A DNA stretch of 64,000 nt from an uncultured Bacillota bacterium (GTDB lineage Bacteria; Sysuimicrobiota; Sysuimicrobiia; Sysuimicrobiales; Segetimicrobiaceae). Below, piece after piece: positions 62,951-64,000 of this stretch. The position numbers and the translations under genes were made by a program. The stretch covers positions 224,001-288,000 of the forward strand of contig CAWDRG010000019.1 of assembly GCA_963804645.1 (NCBI GenBank), given 5' to 3'. The stretch's first letter is position 1, and every line of letters starts with the position of its first letter. The notes under the pieces were generated by a model. It did no database searches, was not told where the DNA came from, and saw nothing but the letters and a program-made list of their open reading frames with translations.

Positions 62951-64000
62951 TCAGCTGCGACGCGGCCCCGGTCCCGCCGGGGCCGTTGCGTGTGCGGTCG
63001 CCCCCGCGCCGCGCGGCACGGCGAGGGACGTCGGCGGGAGCAGGGGCACGGGGTGCCCGAGAAATCCGCGGCACCAGAACAGGCCAAGCGTCCGCACCAC
63101 GATTCCGCGCCGGACGATCCGCACGGACGGGGCCGGCTCCACGGCACGGCACCCCAGCAGGGGGTCGACCGCGAGCGGGTAGCGGCCGTCGCGGATGAAC
63201 AGGGCGTCACGGCCCCGGAGGGCCACCCATGAGATCCAGAGGTGGTACTCGTCCGAGGCGATCATCGTGGTCGCGGGCTCTTCTCCGCGCGTCGCCAGAT
63301 CGAACTGGGCCATCACCTGGTACCGGTCGGTGGTGAAGAAGTACGGACCCCGCGCGCCGCGCCGGGCAATCTCGGTGACGGCGCGCGCCGCCTCCGGCCA
63401 CCCGTAGTAATCGACCGTGGGGTCCAGGCGGGGCGGCAGCAGCGACGGCCCGAGCAGCGGCACCGCGTAGATGAGCAGCGTGACGAGCGCCGTCGTTCCC
63501 AGCACCGCGGTGGCGGCCCCGCGCCACGCGGGCGTGCGCGACGCCCACGGCCGTTCGGTGCCGAGCGCCGCGAGCGCGATCGTGGCCCCAAGATACCCGG
63601 GCGCCGCCCAGTGGCCCTTCGCATCGCCCACGAGGCTGACGAGATAGACCGCCGCGATGAGGGGAAGGCCGGAGAGGGCGAGGAACAGCCAGCGGTCGTC
63701 GCCCACCAGCCCCCGGTGGGCCGCGACGATGAGGGCGCCGAGCAAGGCCGGGAACATCAGCGGACCGAGATAGACGAACTGCAGCGCCGTAAACACGGGC
63801 AGGTTGCCGTGCGACGACCACGCCGGCAGGCGCACGGCGGTCGTGGCAAACGACACCCAGCCGTGGGTTGCGTTCCACCAGACCACCGGCGCAAAGACGG
63901 CCAGCGCCACGGCCGCGCCGGCGTACAGCGCCCAACGCCGCCACCACTGCCGGTGCGGCGGGCTGAGCGCGAGCCAGCTGCCGATCGACACCGGCAGGAT
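62951..64000 (-). CDS. GT-C membrane glycosyltransferase (ArnT/GT39-like), 5' end outside window
   Basis: PVVWWNATHGWVSF; HWAAPGY; YGW; multiple TM segments; frame continues to the window edge. Confidence 0.75.
   Translation of the reverse strand: MLPVSIGSWLALSPPHRQWWRRWALYAGAAVALAVFAPVVWWNATHGWVSFATTAVRLPAWSSHGNLPVFTALQFVYLGPLMFPALLGALIVAAHRGLVGDDRWLFLALSGLPLIAAVYLVSLVGDAKGHWAAPGYLGATIALAALGTERPWASRTPAWRGAATAVLGTTALVTLLIYAVPLLGPSLLPPRLDPTVDYYGWPEAARAVTEIARRGARGPYFFTTDRYQVMAQFDLATRGEEPATTMIASDEYHLWISWVALRGRDALFIRDGRYPLAVDPLLGCRAVEPAPSVRIVRRGIVVRTLGLFWCRGFLGHPVPLLPPTSLAVPRGAGATAHATAPAGPGPRRS

Overview
GC-rich (roughly 65-70%) bacterial chromosomal window with no rRNA, tRNA or CRISPR array. 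0-18 kb is accessory: two Cys-type arylsulfatases, an ATPase-less peptide-type ABC transporter, an ftsH paralogue divergent from small membrane proteins under a shared CRP-like promoter motif, an orphan MacB-type permease, a phosphoesterase and a GT-C glycosyltransferase. 20-63 kb is a Terrabacteria-type backbone: rimP-nusA-ylxR-infB-DUF503-rbfA-nrnA-truB-ribF-nusB-acyP-ispA-tlyA-nadK-pyrG-ilvE-nudF-deoB-punA-[island]-pdp, an hbd/acyl-CoA dehydrogenase/etfBA/isobutyryl-CoA mutase block, ttuB-ttuA-trmI, a thiolase, and lysA-site-2 protease-scpA-scpB-dac. Three insertion sequences have visible ends and target duplications. Two of them (18433-20373, 47553-49541) are diverged members of one two-gene family: a conserved CxxxxCxC...H accessory protein plus a transposase, CAG-ended TIRs, 9-10 bp TSDs and a conserved promoter hairpin. 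This family is the best candidate for an under-described system. Several single-base frameshifts (tlyA, nadK, pyrG, two transposases) look like assembly indels. A Sysuimicrobiota (CSP1-3)/Armatimonadota-like origin is only my guess from gene order and GC. All family assignments come from motif recognition, not database searches.
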